A stretch of 64,000 nt of DNA from Pseudomonadota bacterium (GCA_038134595.1 JAYPVM010000002.1:32001-96000), one strand, 5' to 3'. Positions 41,862 to 52,606 are shown, counted from the stretch's first letter. The notes: generated by a model not told the origin, from the sequence alone. Program-made: numbers and translations.

Positions 41862-42992
41862 GTGTCAAAACGTGATTACTACGAAGTTTTAGGGGTCTCA
41901 AAAAGCGCATCTAGCGACGAGATTAAAAAAGCGTACCGAAAAAAGGCGGTGCAGTTTCATCCTGATAAAAATCCGGGAAACAAGGAAGCTGAAGACAAGT
42001 TCAAGGAAGCAACCGAAGCGTATTCAATTCTTAGTGATGCTGAGAATCGCGGAAAGTATGATCGGTTTGGGCACGCTGCATTTACTCAAGGAGGTGGTGG
42101 TGCCGGTGGATTTCAAGCTGGCGACTTCTCAGGGTTTGAGGATATTTTTGGAGATATTTTCGGTTCGTTTTTTGGTGGCTCGATGGGTGGTGATCCCCGT
42201 CGTGGAGGGCGCGGTCGTTCAGGGAGTGATTTAAGATACGACATGCAGATCTCGTTTGAGGAAGCGGCCTTTGGATGCGAGAAGGAGGTGGAGTTGTCGC
42301 GACGGTCTCGATGCGGAGATTGCGGAGGAAACGGCGCGGAGAAGGGGTCTGGCAAGGACCGCTGTCCACAGTGCGAAGGCGCAGGACAGATTCGAATTCA
42401 GCAAGGTTTTTTCACTTTAGCGCAGACCTGCCACGCTTGTAATGGTGAAGGTGAAGTTATTAAGAATCCTTGCCGGTCGTGTTCGGGCTCGGGATTAACG
42501 TCCCACCAGTCAAAATTAAAGGTTAAGATCCCAGCAGGAGTCGACCACGGCCAGCGTCTTAAGATGCGTGGTGAAGGGGAGCCGGGCGTTCAAGGGGGGG
42601 CGAGTGGGGATCTTTACGTGCAGATTTACGTTAAAGAACACCCGATTTTTACCCGCCAAGAGAGTGAGCTCGTCTGTGACATGCCGATTACCTATACCGC
42701 GGCCGTTTTAGGTGCGGAGGTCGAAGTGCCGTCACTTGAAGGAAAGGTGAAGCTAAAAATCCCCGCAGGAACTCCCTCCGGAAAGGTTTTCCGATTGAAA
42801 AACAAGGGAATACCTATCTTAGGTACGAATCCCCAGCGCCGAGGCGATCAGCATGTACGGGTACATGTGTACGTACCCAAAAAAGTTTCTGATGAGGAGA
42901 GGGTCTTGCTTGAAAGCCTGTCGTCTATTCAGGGCGACCGCGTTGAGGATGAGAAGGGCTTCTTCGGGAAGATGAAAGAGATGTTTTCGTAA
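41862..42992 (+). CDS. dnaJ: Molecular chaperone DnaJ
   Basis: J-domain 'HPDKNPG', G/F-rich region, four CxxCxGxG repeats; AGGAG SD with GTG start. Confidence 0.98.
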   Translation: MSKRDYYEVLGVSKSASSDEIKKAYRKKAVQFHPDKNPGNKEAEDKFKEATEAYSILSDAENRGKYDRFGHAAFTQGGGGAGGFQAGDFSGFEDIFGDIFGSFFGGSMGGDPRRGGRGRSGSDLRYDMQISFEEAAFGCEKEVELSRRSRCGDCGGNGAEKGSGKDRCPQCEGAGQIRIQQGFFTLAQTCHACNGEGEVIKNPCRSCSGSGLTSHQSKLKVKIPAGVDHGQRLKMRGEGEPGVQGGASGDLYVQIYVKEHPIFTRQESELVCDMPITYTAAVLGAEVEVPSLEGKVKLKIPAGTPSGKVFRLKNKGIPILGTNPQRRGDQHVRVHVYVPKKVSDEERVLLESLSSIQGDRVEDEKGFFGKMKEMFS

Positions 42993-43168
42993 CTAGCTCT
43001 CGACGAACGATGGTTGATTGGGCCTAAGGGCTGTATCTTTTAGCCACAGAAATCCGCCTTTCATTGTAAGGAGTAATTGACGCCTTTCGTCTTGAGGTGC
43101 ACCTGTTATGATACCCATGAATTACTTACGTTGGCCGTTACAAGTCGCCTAAACGAAGGAAACAAATC

Positions 43169-45187
43169 ATGGAACGAGGTTTAGTTGTGTCGATAAATCA
43201 AAGAAGGCGTCGGGTACTATGTATATGGAAGCGGTGTTCATGGAGTCGGTGTTCATGGAGTCAGTTGCCGCTATTACTCTGTGCGGTTCTGGTTGTTCAA
43301 GCAGGATGCTCGGTATCTGTCAAAGAGAGCTCACAAACCAAAAGCGCCCCGAGGTACGATGTTGTTAAACAGGATTCGCCATCAGTGACACAGAGCGTGC
43401 CCTGGGAGATTTGGCCAATTTTTCGAGATCTCAACGGGCATGCAGTTGTTAATCGAGAACTGTTGTTGGGGGATGAGTATCGCAGAGCTGGTCAGCGTGG
43501 GCTTGCGATGGAAACGTATCAGAAAGCAGAAACAGGAATACTTTCGCCAGGAGAGCGAGAAGCGGTTGTGGTACGAATTGCCAGCCAGTATTTGGTCGAT
43601 GGCGATGCCAAACAGGCCTTGGCGACAATTGGACAGTATTACCGAGATTCTGGGAAGACGGAGGCGGGGGTTAATGTTCCCATTGGGCTCGTGTTGGCCT
43701 TTGCATATGGACAACATGGAGATCTAGATCAAGCGCTTGCTTGGTTCTCGAAGGTTTTCGATATGGGAGTTCGAGGTGGTCCTGCTCAGAGTGTGGCTGA
43801 GCGGGGTGTAGGCGCTCTTTTGGAAACTGTTTCACATGGGGAGCTTGAAAGGTTGGCCGTGGACTGGCATGCAGATCTTTTGGTTTCTCGCTACATAGGT
43901 GCCGAACGGTTGAAACGCTCTTCGAGTAACTATTTGGAGAAGGGGACGCCGTCCGGAGAACCGTTTTGGAAGCGCACCGAAGGGGTAGCTCTTGTTGCAG
44001 TTTCGCCGGTAGGAGAGGTATCGGATGCCCCGATTCACAGCGGCGCATCGATAGGTGTCGTTTTAGGTCTAACGGATAAATTTGCAGCGCTCGGCAAGGA
44101 CACGCAACGGGGAATCGAGCTGGCGATGGCGAATGCATCACAAGTGGGGATCGCTTCTGTTACAGAGGATGTCGGTGCAGATAGTACAAAGGCTTCGGCT
44201 GCCGTTCGAAAACTTGTGACCGAATCTCAACCGAAGGTTGTGCTGGGGCCGTTGTTAACGGAGTCGAGTGTGTCAGCGTCCCAGACGGCTCGGGAGCTGG
44301 GAGTGCCTCTGGTGTCGTTTTCGAAGAGCGAGGGTTTTAACACAGGACGAGGAGTGTATCGCCTTGGAGCAACAACATCGAGTCAGGTAAGCGCCCTGCT
44401 CACGGCAGCACACTATGGCTATGGCATGAGGCGCTTTGCTGTCGCCTATCCCAATACATCCAGTGGTAGAGAGTACGCTCAGGTATTTAGAGAGGGGATA
44501 ACCCGATTGGGGCTTTCGGTCGAGCTTGAAGTGCCTTATGAAGCAAGTAACGATGAAACCCTTGCAGAAGTGGCGCGTATGCTCGAAGGAACCTCTGCAA
44601 CTGGTTTGCTGATACCGGATGTCATTGATGTAAGCGCTCGATTAATTCAGAATTTATCGCCCCAGCTTCGTCGTCAGTTGCGTCCTTTAGGTATCGCTTT
44701 GTGGGATAATGTTTCCAAAATAGCGCGCTCCCAAGCCGTTTTTGAGGGGGCATTGTTCGTATCGCCATTTTTCTCGCAAAGTTCGCGGGATGAGGTTGTC
44801 AGCTTTGTCTCTTCCTTTAAGGCTAAATATGGGTCGACACCTAATTTTCTCGCCGCGCAGGGCTACGATGCGGCTAATCTTGTTATCGCTGCGTTGAAGG
44901 CAGAGTCTCGGCAGGAAGGAAGTTTCGAGGCGATGTTATTACAAGCGCCACCTCTAAATGGGATTACAGGAGTACTTAGTACAACACCTTCCGGGGAGAT
45001 AATGAGAACGTTTTATGTAGTTGAGGTATTAAAGGACTCCTTTCAGGAGCTCCTACCCTCGGAGCGGAGCACTTCAGAGTATTTGGGGGATTCCTTGAAC
45101 CCGCCACCAGTGGAGAGGTCGATTTCTTTTTCAAACGGAGAACAAGTGGGGTTAGGTAGTGGGTTTGCTCAGGTTGGCGATGGGTAG
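43169..45187 (+). CDS. LppC/LpoA-like lipoprotein (TPR plus periplasmic-binding-protein type 1 domain)
   Basis: Lipobox-like 'QAG-C', TPR-like helices, 'IGVVL.LT..FA..G...RGIELA', 'VLGPL', 'PNFLAAQGYDA', 'GITG'. Confidence 0.75.
   Translation: MERGLVVSINQRRRRVLCIWKRCSWSRCSWSQLPLLLCAVLVVQAGCSVSVKESSQTKSAPRYDVVKQDSPSVTQSVPWEIWPIFRDLNGHAVVNRELLLGDEYRRAGQRGLAMETYQKAETGILSPGEREAVVVRIASQYLVDGDAKQALATIGQYYRDSGKTEAGVNVPIGLVLAFAYGQHGDLDQALAWFSKVFDMGVRGGPAQSVAERGVGALLETVSHGELERLAVDWHADLLVSRYIGAERLKRSSSNYLEKGTPSGEPFWKRTEGVALVAVSPVGEVSDAPIHSGASIGVVLGLTDKFAALGKDTQRGIELAMANASQVGIASVTEDVGADSTKASAAVRKLVTESQPKVVLGPLLTESSVSASQTARELGVPLVSFSKSEGFNTGRGVYRLGATTSSQVSALLTAAHYGYGMRRFAVAYPNTSSGREYAQVFREGITRLGLSVELEVPYEASNDETLAEVARMLEGTSATGLLIPDVIDVSARLIQNLSPQLRRQLRPLGIALWDNVSKIARSQAVFEGALFVSPFFSQSSRDEVVSFVSSFKAKYGSTPNFLAAQGYDAANLVIAALKAESRQEGSFEAMLLQAPPLNGITGVLSTTPSGEIMRTFYVVEVLKDSFQELLPSERSTSEYLGDSLNPPPVERSISFSNGEQVGLGSGFAQVGDG
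43232..43261 (+). repeat. Exact 15-bp tandem duplication (CGGTGTTCATGGAGT x2)
   Basis: Gives RCSWS-RCSWS in the N-terminal signal region of the 43169 ORF. Confidence 0.85.
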
Positions 45188-45315
45188 TATTGGTGGGACT
45201 AGCTGTGTGTTCTTAGTTAGTTATCTACTTTAGTGGGGTCGATCTCAACAGGCGGTGATAGAGTCTTGTTATCATATAAAGCTCTTGGTGGTATGATGGT
45301 AGAAATGGGGGCGTA

Positions 45316-47766
45316 ATGGCGAAGAAATCAAAAAATAAGAAGCAAGCCGATGATGTTCCGACCATTGGATCGCATGCTGTAGTGCATGAGATAGGGGTGC
45401 CAGAAGTCCTACCGGTTCTCGCCGCCAAGGACATGGTGCCGTTTCCGGGTGTCATGATGTCTCTTTATTTGAGTCGAGCTGAAAGCATAAAGGCTCTTGA
45501 GGCGGCTATGGACGGCGACAGACTTGCTTTTGTTGTTGCTCAAACTCGCCCTGACGTAGAGAGCCCTGCTTCGAAAGATCTCTATAAAGTAGGTGTAGTC
45601 GCTCATATTGTGCGAACACTTCAAGTACAGGATGGTCGACACAAAGTGTTGTTACAGGGGTTATTACGGGCGAAAGTGAAGCGATTCGACTCTCGCGCAC
45701 CTTATTTGAAAGCAAAGATAGAGCCTATTGAAGTCGATGATGACGGCCGAAAAATCTCCGCTGAGAATCAGGCTCTGATTAATCGAATTCGAGAGAACCT
45801 GCAGTTGTTGGTAGAGTACGAGCATATGCCCGAAGAGATGCTGATTGTGACAGAGGAGCTCTACGACCCAGGCATGTTAGCTGATGTTATTCTCGCGCAT
45901 TACAAGGTTGACTTAAAGGAGGCGCAAGCTGCTCTCGAAGAGCTTGACGCTATGAAGCGGTTGCGTCTAACCGATACGGCGATTTCAGATGAGCTTAATA
46001 AGTTTATCCTCTCAGAAAAGATTAAGGATAAAGCTCGTGATGAGATGACCAAGGGGCAGCGCGAGTATTATCTCCGGGAGCAGTTAAGACAGATTCAGCG
46101 AGAGTTAGGAGATGGAGAGTCAGGTTCAGATGAGTTGCATGTTGTACGTGAAAAGCTGACCAAACTAAGACTTCCGAAGCAGGCAAAGGAAGAGAGTTTT
46201 AAGCAGTTGCGTCGTTTGGAGCAGATGAGTCCTGAATCAAGTGAGTATGCACTGCTACGGACGTATTTAGAGTGGGTTATTGACCTGCCGTGGACATCCC
46301 GGACGAAAGATAAACTTGATTTGAAGCGAGCCGCCTCAATTTTAGAGGAAGACCATTTTGGGCTTGAAAAAGTTAAGGACAGAATCCTTGAATATCTAAG
46401 TGTGCGAGCGCTAAATCCTGATTCAAAGGGGCCAATTTTGTGTTTTGTTGGCCCGCCGGGAGTTGGAAAGACGTCACTAGGTCAATCCATTGCGCGTGCG
46501 TTAGGTAGGAAGTTCCACAGAATGTCACTGGGTGGAATGAGAGATGAGGCTGAAATTCGTGGGCACCGGAGAACGTATGTCGGAGCCCTGCCGGGGAGAA
46601 TAGTTCAGGGCATGAAGCAGGCCGAGAGTCGAAATCCCGTTTTCGTGTTGGATGAATTAGATAAGATAGGCGCAGACTTTCGAGGGGATCCGGCTTCTGC
46701 ATTATTGGAGGTTCTAGATCCGCATCAAAACGCAGAATTTCGGGATCACTATCTAAACATGCCTTTTGATCTCTCGGAGGTGTTGTTTGTAGCGACTGCG
46801 AATACAACTGATACTATTCCAGAGCCGCTCATAGATAGGCTAGAGATATTATATATCCCGGGATACACCTCTCAGGAGAAAGAAAAGATTGCGACCCGTT
46901 ACTTAATACCGAGACAGTTGAAGGAGGCGGGGCTAGCGGACCATAACCTGCGTTTCACTGCCGACGCATTGCAATTGTTAATTGATAGGTATACGCGGGA
47001 AGCGGGAGTCAGAAATTTAGAGCGAGAGATAGGCGCGGTATGTCGAAAGATCGCGCGTGAGTATGCAGAAAATAAAAAAGTGCTCAAAACGATTACTCCC
47101 GACCGTGTGCGTAAGCTTCTCGGTGTAACCAAGTACGACCCCGAGGTGACCGAGCAGCGAGAAGCTGTCGGTTTGGTCAGGGGATTGGCGTGGACCGTCT
47201 ATGGCGGTGAAATGATGCCGATAGAGGTATCATTGGCGCCCGGCTCTGGCTCGCTTGCCTTAACGGGACAATTGGGGAGTGTGATGCAGGAGTCAGCGCA
47301 GGCGGCCCTCTTCTATGCCAGGGCTAATGCGTCAGTATTGGGGCTGGATCCGGAATTTTATACAAAGTTCGATATTCACGTGCATGTTCCAGGTGGCGCC
47401 ACTCCAAAGGATGGTCCATCGGCGGGTATTACAATTGCTACGGCGCTAGTCTCTGTGCTTTCGGAGAGAAAGGTCTCGAAGGATATCGCTATGACAGGAG
47501 AAATGACCCTTCGTGGAAATATCCTTGCCGTTGGTGGATTGAGGGAGAAAGCGTTGGCAGCACTTCAACACGGCATTAGAAAAGTAATTATTCCCTTTGA
47601 AAACATCAAAGATCTTGAAGAAATCCCTGAAGAGCAACGCAAGCAGATTCAGTTTATTCCAGTAAAACATGTGAGCGAGGTCTTAGAGTTAGCGTTGTTG
47701 GGACGCTCTAAAAAGCAAGTTCCAACTCGAAAACGTGGCAAGCGGGGAGTGGTAGGTGTTTCGTGA
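45316..47766 (+). CDS. lon: ATP-dependent protease La
   Basis: LON N-domain, Walker A 'GPPGVGKTS', 'LDELDK', catalytic 'PKDGPSAG' and 'GLREK'. Confidence 0.98.
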   Translation: MAKKSKNKKQADDVPTIGSHAVVHEIGVPEVLPVLAAKDMVPFPGVMMSLYLSRAESIKALEAAMDGDRLAFVVAQTRPDVESPASKDLYKVGVVAHIVRTLQVQDGRHKVLLQGLLRAKVKRFDSRAPYLKAKIEPIEVDDDGRKISAENQALINRIRENLQLLVEYEHMPEEMLIVTEELYDPGMLADVILAHYKVDLKEAQAALEELDAMKRLRLTDTAISDELNKFILSEKIKDKARDEMTKGQREYYLREQLRQIQRELGDGESGSDELHVVREKLTKLRLPKQAKEESFKQLRRLEQMSPESSEYALLRTYLEWVIDLPWTSRTKDKLDLKRAASILEEDHFGLEKVKDRILEYLSVRALNPDSKGPILCFVGPPGVGKTSLGQSIARALGRKFHRMSLGGMRDEAEIRGHRRTYVGALPGRIVQGMKQAESRNPVFVLDELDKIGADFRGDPASALLEVLDPHQNAEFRDHYLNMPFDLSEVLFVATANTTDTIPEPLIDRLEILYIPGYTSQEKEKIATRYLIPRQLKEAGLADHNLRFTADALQLLIDRYTREAGVRNLEREIGAVCRKIAREYAENKKVLKTITPDRVRKLLGVTKYDPEVTEQREAVGLVRGLAWTVYGGEMMPIEVSLAPGSGSLALTGQLGSVMQESAQAALFYARANASVLGLDPEFYTKFDIHVHVPGGATPKDGPSAGITIATALVSVLSERKVSKDIAMTGEMTLRGNILAVGGLREKALAALQHGIRKVIIPFENIKDLEEIPEEQRKQIQFIPVKHVSEVLELALLGRSKKQVPTRKRGKRGVVGVS

Positions 47767-48799
47767 ACGTAGTGCTCGTGTCGTACTGCCGTTGTGTTTA
47801 AAGATCAACAAAGCTATCGCCTTCTTGATGCCGATTTTGGCTCTGATTGCTGTGGCACATCAGGTCAGAGCGGACAGCTGTGTTTACATCGATGATAAAA
47901 ATACCATTCGCTCCGTAGACAGCATGAGTCTTGTGCCTAGAAGGTATCGAAAGGCGGCAACGTGCAAGGATATTAGTGTTGGCGAAGTGGTCGCTCCCCA
48001 TTCAATGGATGTCGGCCGATTAGCCCGGGAAGTATCATTTGGCACTAGTCTTGGTACTATGAATGTTAGGTGGGCTCGGGACTTGGAGCGGTGCTACAGG
48101 GTTACGCCCGCCAAAGCCATTGCGGAGGCCTCCAGAACGGTTAAGCAAGCCCTTCGTGTGTCAAAGCTCTTTTCTGAGGTGGGACAAAAGTCTCGCACAT
48201 GGGATTTTGTGTTAACAGATAGAGCGCATGCTGTTTCACAGATCCCAACAGATATCATAAGAGGGAGACATCCCGGCTTTATGCTCCCACCCAATAGAGT
48301 CTATATTCTATCTGATTTTATTGCGCAAAACTGCCAGGAAAATCCGATTTCCGATCGGCTATTGGCGCAGGTTCTGTTGCACGAGATGGGGCACGTGGTT
48401 GAGTATATTTTGTTAGGAGAGCCTGCTTCGATGAGCAATAGGGAGCGGGGAGAGGGGTTCGCAACATGGTTTGAACACTATGCAAGCGAATTTTCAAAGA
48501 CCATTGGCAAGGATAGAGTTTCAGAAAATCTAAGAAAGTTAGGGACACAGAATCAAGTGGCACAAGTTCGCAAAGGCTCTTTCAACGGTACAGCTCTTGA
48601 TTATGCTCGAGCGGCGATGCCATTTTTTCTCTTAGTGTCGAAGAAGGGAACCGGTGGGGTTGCTAGGTTGTATCGGGATGCGCGCATGAAGCAGGTTCCG
48701 CTGCACGAGGCTGTAAGGAATGTGTTTGGGTGGAGTGATGCTACGTATCGAAGTAAGCTTAACAGGTTTACGGAACAGTTTCTTTCGCGTTTAGAGTAG
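47756..48799 (+). CDS. Exported putative zinc metallopeptidase (HExxH..E gluzincin-like)
   Basis: Signal-like N-terminus, 'VLLHEMGHVVE' and downstream 'EGFA'; start may be ATG 47828. Confidence 0.6.
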   Translation: MFRERSARVVLPLCLKINKAIAFLMPILALIAVAHQVRADSCVYIDDKNTIRSVDSMSLVPRRYRKAATCKDISVGEVVAPHSMDVGRLAREVSFGTSLGTMNVRWARDLERCYRVTPAKAIAEASRTVKQALRVSKLFSEVGQKSRTWDFVLTDRAHAVSQIPTDIIRGRHPGFMLPPNRVYILSDFIAQNCQENPISDRLLAQVLLHEMGHVVEYILLGEPASMSNRERGEGFATWFEHYASEFSKTIGKDRVSENLRKLGTQNQVAQVRKGSFNGTALDYARAAMPFFLLVSKKGTGGVARLYRDARMKQVPLHEAVRNVFGWSDATYRSKLNRFTEQFLSRLE

Positions 48800-48850
48800 A
48801 ATCGATATGTCGAGGGCTCTTGCTTCATAGAGCGAGGTTGGGACCTGCTT

Positions 48851-49408
48851 CTAGGCGCTCGATTTTTTGTCTTGAGTTTGTGTTGTGCATAGCGCTCTTT
48901 GTAGAAGTGACTCTAGCGTGTTGCATGATGATTGGGATGTGGGGATGTTGGCCTTTGTGCATTCTCTGTTGCATGTAGAACATACGCCGTCCGGTGAGCG
49001 TTCCGGCCTCCAAAACGGCGAGAGGGCTAAAATGAGGGCCTCTTGAATTGGCTCCTCGAGATCTACGTGCTCACCCGAGTAAAATAACACCCCTGGGTCG
49101 TCTAGGTTGTCATCAGCTGCCGCTCGGTCGCTTTCAGTTTGGAGTACCCAGTTAAGGGGTGCGCTGATGGTGTGCTCTCGTAAGTCAGCACATGTTGCAC
49201 AGTCTTGTTTGCAGGTGCTGGACACCGTGCCTTTTGTAAGGACGCCCCCGTGAGTTCGGGTTAGCTTGAGCGAAACCTGTGGGTCCTCAATAAACTCAAT
49301 GAATCCTCGCTTTGAACCCGAAGCAATCCTTTCATTGAGTGATTTTTTACAGATGGTGGCAGAGATGGACATGCCAGAAAAGGGTACGGTTGTTACGAGA
49401 ATGCGCAT
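48851..49408 (-). CDS. YceD/DUF177 family protein
   Basis: 'CATCAD', 'VDLEEPIQEALILAL', 'G.CSTC'. Confidence 0.8.
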   Translation of the reverse strand: MRILVTTVPFSGMSISATICKKSLNERIASGSKRGFIEFIEDPQVSLKLTRTHGGVLTKGTVSSTCKQDCATCADLREHTISAPLNWVLQTESDRAAADDNLDDPGVLFYSGEHVDLEEPIQEALILALSPFWRPERSPDGVCSTCNRECTKANIPTSQSSCNTLESLLQRALCTTQTQDKKSSA

Positions 49409-50108
49409 AGTACGGCTACCTGATTTTATGTGTTTGGGATTATGGGCAAAGCCTTTCCCTGTTTTAAGCCCCTCCTGAATCCCTTCCGATATATCTCTTG
49501 GTTCAGGTGTTTTGTTTGTGCCTTTAACGGAGAGGGTCCCCCCAAGACTATAGCAAGTATCGGGTCTGAGTACACCTGTTTGCGCCCTGTGCTTGATATG
49601 GCCTGAAACCCTTGCGCAGAGCTACTCGAGTCGTAGATGGAAATTGGGGCTTGGTGGCGCGATGGTATGTAAGGTATTTAGCTGGGTTTTTAGAGGTGCT
49701 TAGGACGGCAAAATAGATTGCCACCGTCAGGGTTTGATTCGTACGGTGACCTATTTATGTTGAACTAGTGATTTCTCGAAGAGTTTGTTTTTTTGGTTCA
49801 TGAAAATCTCTAGTATATCTTTAGGGATACGTTTTTATGCGCTTTTTATCACCGTAAGGACGGGCGCGCCGAAGAGCTTACGAGTCGCCTGCTAGATTGT
49901 GTGTAATCGTGCCATTTTATCGCGGTTTACTGCAATCAACTCTTTGAGCGGGAAAGAAAGTGAGTTATAACACACAGGCGTAACACGCAGACTATTAAGG
50001 CGCTTGAAGTGGTCCAAAGTCACTCGTAACTGAGGAGTCAGGGGGGGAGTTTCGCAACTTTTTCGTAACGCGTACGATACCTCATTTGTTTGTTTTTTGG
50101 AGGGTATA

Positions 50109-50582
50109 ATGGGAATTAACAAAGTTATTCTACTCGGTAATTTAGGAAAAGATCCGGAGGTTCGATCCACTTCTGGAGGGATGTCCGTAGCACGGTTTCC
50201 CCTAGCGACCGGAGAACGTAAGAAAGACCAAAGTGGCCAGTGGGTAGATCACACCGAATGGCACAATGTAGTGACATTCGGTAAGACAGCAGAGAACTGT
50301 CAGAAGTTTTTGAAAAAGGGTCGCCAGATATTTGTAGAAGGGCGTATCCGCACGAACAAGTGGCAGGATAAAGAGGGGAAAGACCGCTACACGACGGAGA
50401 TTCTCGCTGATAATGTTCAGTTCGTTGGCGGAAAGGGAGAGGGGGATTACTCCTCGAGCGCTGCTAATGACAATGTCTTGGCCGGGATTCCTAGTGCCGA
50501 TGGGTTGGCTAAAGCTGCAAATGGTAGCCCTTCAGTATCGGATGAGCCGATAACATTTGATGACGATGATATCCCATTCTAG
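50109..50582 (+). CDS. ssb: Single-stranded DNA-binding protein
   Basis: 'INKVILLGNLGKDPEVR', 'TEWHNVV', acidic tail 'DDDDIPF'; GGAGG SD. Confidence 0.98.
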   Translation: MGINKVILLGNLGKDPEVRSTSGGMSVARFPLATGERKKDQSGQWVDHTEWHNVVTFGKTAENCQKFLKKGRQIFVEGRIRTNKWQDKEGKDRYTTEILADNVQFVGGKGEGDYSSSAANDNVLAGIPSADGLAKAANGSPSVSDEPITFDDDDIPF

Positions 50583-51180
50583 TACAGTTGTTTTAGTTGT
50601 TATTCCAATCATCTCGGCGCTCATCGGCTATGTGACAAACTACATAGCCGTCATGATGCTTTTCCGACCACATAAACCAAGACGTTTGGCGTTCATACGA
50701 CTCCATGGCCTTGTGCCGCGCAGGCAAGCTGAGATCGCTAGAAGTTTGGGGCATCTTATTGAGAGGGATCTGTTCTCGCACGATGATATTCATGCAGCGT
50801 TGCAGGGTAAAGAGACAGCAGATGAAGCAGCGGCCTTTTTAGGTGAGCAGGTCGACCAGTTCATTTCAAATATGGCTGAGCAGAATCCGATGATAGGCAT
50901 GTTCCTTCAGGGAGATTTGCTTGCTCAAGTAAAGCAGATGCTTGCAAATCAGATGTCAGACAAGTTTCCAGCGTTTATGGAGCGGGTCGTAGAGCGGGTT
51001 GAGCACAAATTAGATGTAAGTGCCATTGTTCAGCAAAAGATTGAGGCGTTTGATATATCGAAGCTTGAATCCATCATCTATGAGGTATCTGCTCGAGAGC
51101 TTAAGACAATAGAGATACTGGGAGGTGTTCTCGGATTTGTTGTTGGCTTGGCGCAGGTTGCCCTCTTAAGTGCCATATAA
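50557..51180 (+). CDS. DUF445 family membrane protein
   Basis: 'IGYVTNYIAV.MLFRP', 'GLVPRRQ.EIA', 'ELKTIE.LGGVLG..VG'. Confidence 0.88.
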   Translation: MMTMISHSSTVVLVVIPIISALIGYVTNYIAVMMLFRPHKPRRLAFIRLHGLVPRRQAEIARSLGHLIERDLFSHDDIHAALQGKETADEAAAFLGEQVDQFISNMAEQNPMIGMFLQGDLLAQVKQMLANQMSDKFPAFMERVVERVEHKLDVSAIVQQKIEAFDISKLESIIYEVSARELKTIEILGGVLGFVVGLAQVALLSAI

Positions 51181-51189
51181 GTTCCATTA

Positions 51190-52023
51190 ATGAAGGAAAA
51201 GCGCGTGCTACAATTTGATTCGCTTCGGTCGTACGGATCAACTGCGTTAGTGACTGGCGCTAGCTCGGGTATTGGAGCGTGTTTTGCAAAGACCATAGCG
51301 GCTAGTGGCTTCGCTACAGTTATAGTAGTTGCTCGTCGCATGGACCGATTGCAAAATCTTAAAGCTGAGATTGAGGGTTTGTATGGAGGTTGTTGTTGCA
51401 TCCCCATAGCACTTGATCTTTCCAAACCTGAGGCATGTGACCAGCTTGCAAGAGAGTTGAATAGACACAAGGTGTCAATCGACGTCGTTGTTAACAATGC
51501 AGGCTTTGGTTTGTTGGGAGCGTTGGAAGATATTGAACCCGCTCGATGTCGAGAGATGGTAGATCTAAATTGTGGCGCTGTGCTGGACATAGCACGAATG
51601 TTTCTTCCCGCGATGAAGGATAGGAAAAGAGGGGCCATGATCATAACCTCAAGTGTGGTTGGAGCGATTCCGACCCCTTGGTTTGGGGTCTACGCAGCGA
51701 CCAAATCGTTTAATCTCTATCTTGGTGAGGCGTTACATGCAGAGTGTAGGGGAAGTGGGGTCTCAGTACTTACGGTGTTGCCTGGTCTAACCGATACGGA
51801 GTTTCAAGCAGGTATGGGGGAACGTGAGTATAGTGTCTCGTATCGTAGCGCTGAGCAGGTAGTGGCGACAGCATGCAGAGCGCTGGGCCGAAAGGCGATT
51901 GTGGTTGACGGACTCTTATACAAGTTCCTAGTGCATGGCACTAGGTTCCTGCCTCGGAGTATTATGCTTTTTCTTTCACGCCGGACCATGCGACGGCAGC
52001 TTGCCGGTGTTGTGAGTGACTAA
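51190..52023 (+). CDS. Short-chain dehydrogenase/reductase
   Basis: 'TGASSGIG', 'NNAG', YxxxK 'YAATK', 'PGLTDTEF'. Confidence 0.93.
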   Translation: MKEKRVLQFDSLRSYGSTALVTGASSGIGACFAKTIAASGFATVIVVARRMDRLQNLKAEIEGLYGGCCCIPIALDLSKPEACDQLARELNRHKVSIDVVVNNAGFGLLGALEDIEPARCREMVDLNCGAVLDIARMFLPAMKDRKRGAMIITSSVVGAIPTPWFGVYAATKSFNLYLGEALHAECRGSGVSVLTVLPGLTDTEFQAGMGEREYSVSYRSAEQVVATACRALGRKAIVVDGLLYKFLVHGTRFLPRSIMLFLSRRTMRRQLAGVVSD

Positions 52024-52243
52024 AAACGAGGTGGGCGATACGAGGTGTAGAAAGCCGCCGCTTTGGGCCTGAAGCGAATGCTTCTTGTAGCTCTGTGGTT
52101 GGACTAGAGAGGAAAGGGATGCGTCGTCAGTAAACAAGTTGTTAGTGCTCGGCGTGGATCGATGCTAAAAAGGGGCACTAAAGAGGGGCAGCGGTACGCC
52201 ACGATAATAGACCCAATTTGGCTTGCCGTAGGTCTTTCGACCG

Positions 52244-52543
52244 TTACCGGTTTGAGTTCTTACACTCCTCTGTTACGAGAGCTTGCCACTCATCGTCTAG
52301 ACTGCCGCTAAACGGTTTTCGCCCGGCTGTGCGATACCAATAATTTGCGTTCCAAAGGTCACCTTCTTTTCTATGAAGGTATGCATGGACGGCGGCTGCT
52401 ATCGAAGAGTCGACGTCCTGTACCACTTCATGGGCTTCTTCCCACTGATTTTGTCGCTCGAGCCAGAGAGCGCGCAGAATAGCGGAAGCTTCCTTGGGAG
52501 GAGATTGTTGCGATAGGGTTGAAAGAAAAATATCACGCGTCAT
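52244..52543 (-). CDS. Conserved small helical hypothetical protein
   Basis: 'WEEAHEVVQD..HAYLHRKEGD.WNA.YWY..AG' resembles a conserved uncharacterised family (recalled, not searched). Confidence 0.8.
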   Translation of the reverse strand: MTRDIFLSTLSQQSPPKEASAILRALWLERQNQWEEAHEVVQDVDSSIAAAVHAYLHRKEGDLWNANYWYRTAGRKPFSGSLDDEWQALVTEECKNSNR

Positions 52544-52606
52544 AGCTTATTCACTTATCAGATGATACCGACCGTGTCTATGAAATCTGTCACTTCTCAC
52601 ACAATT

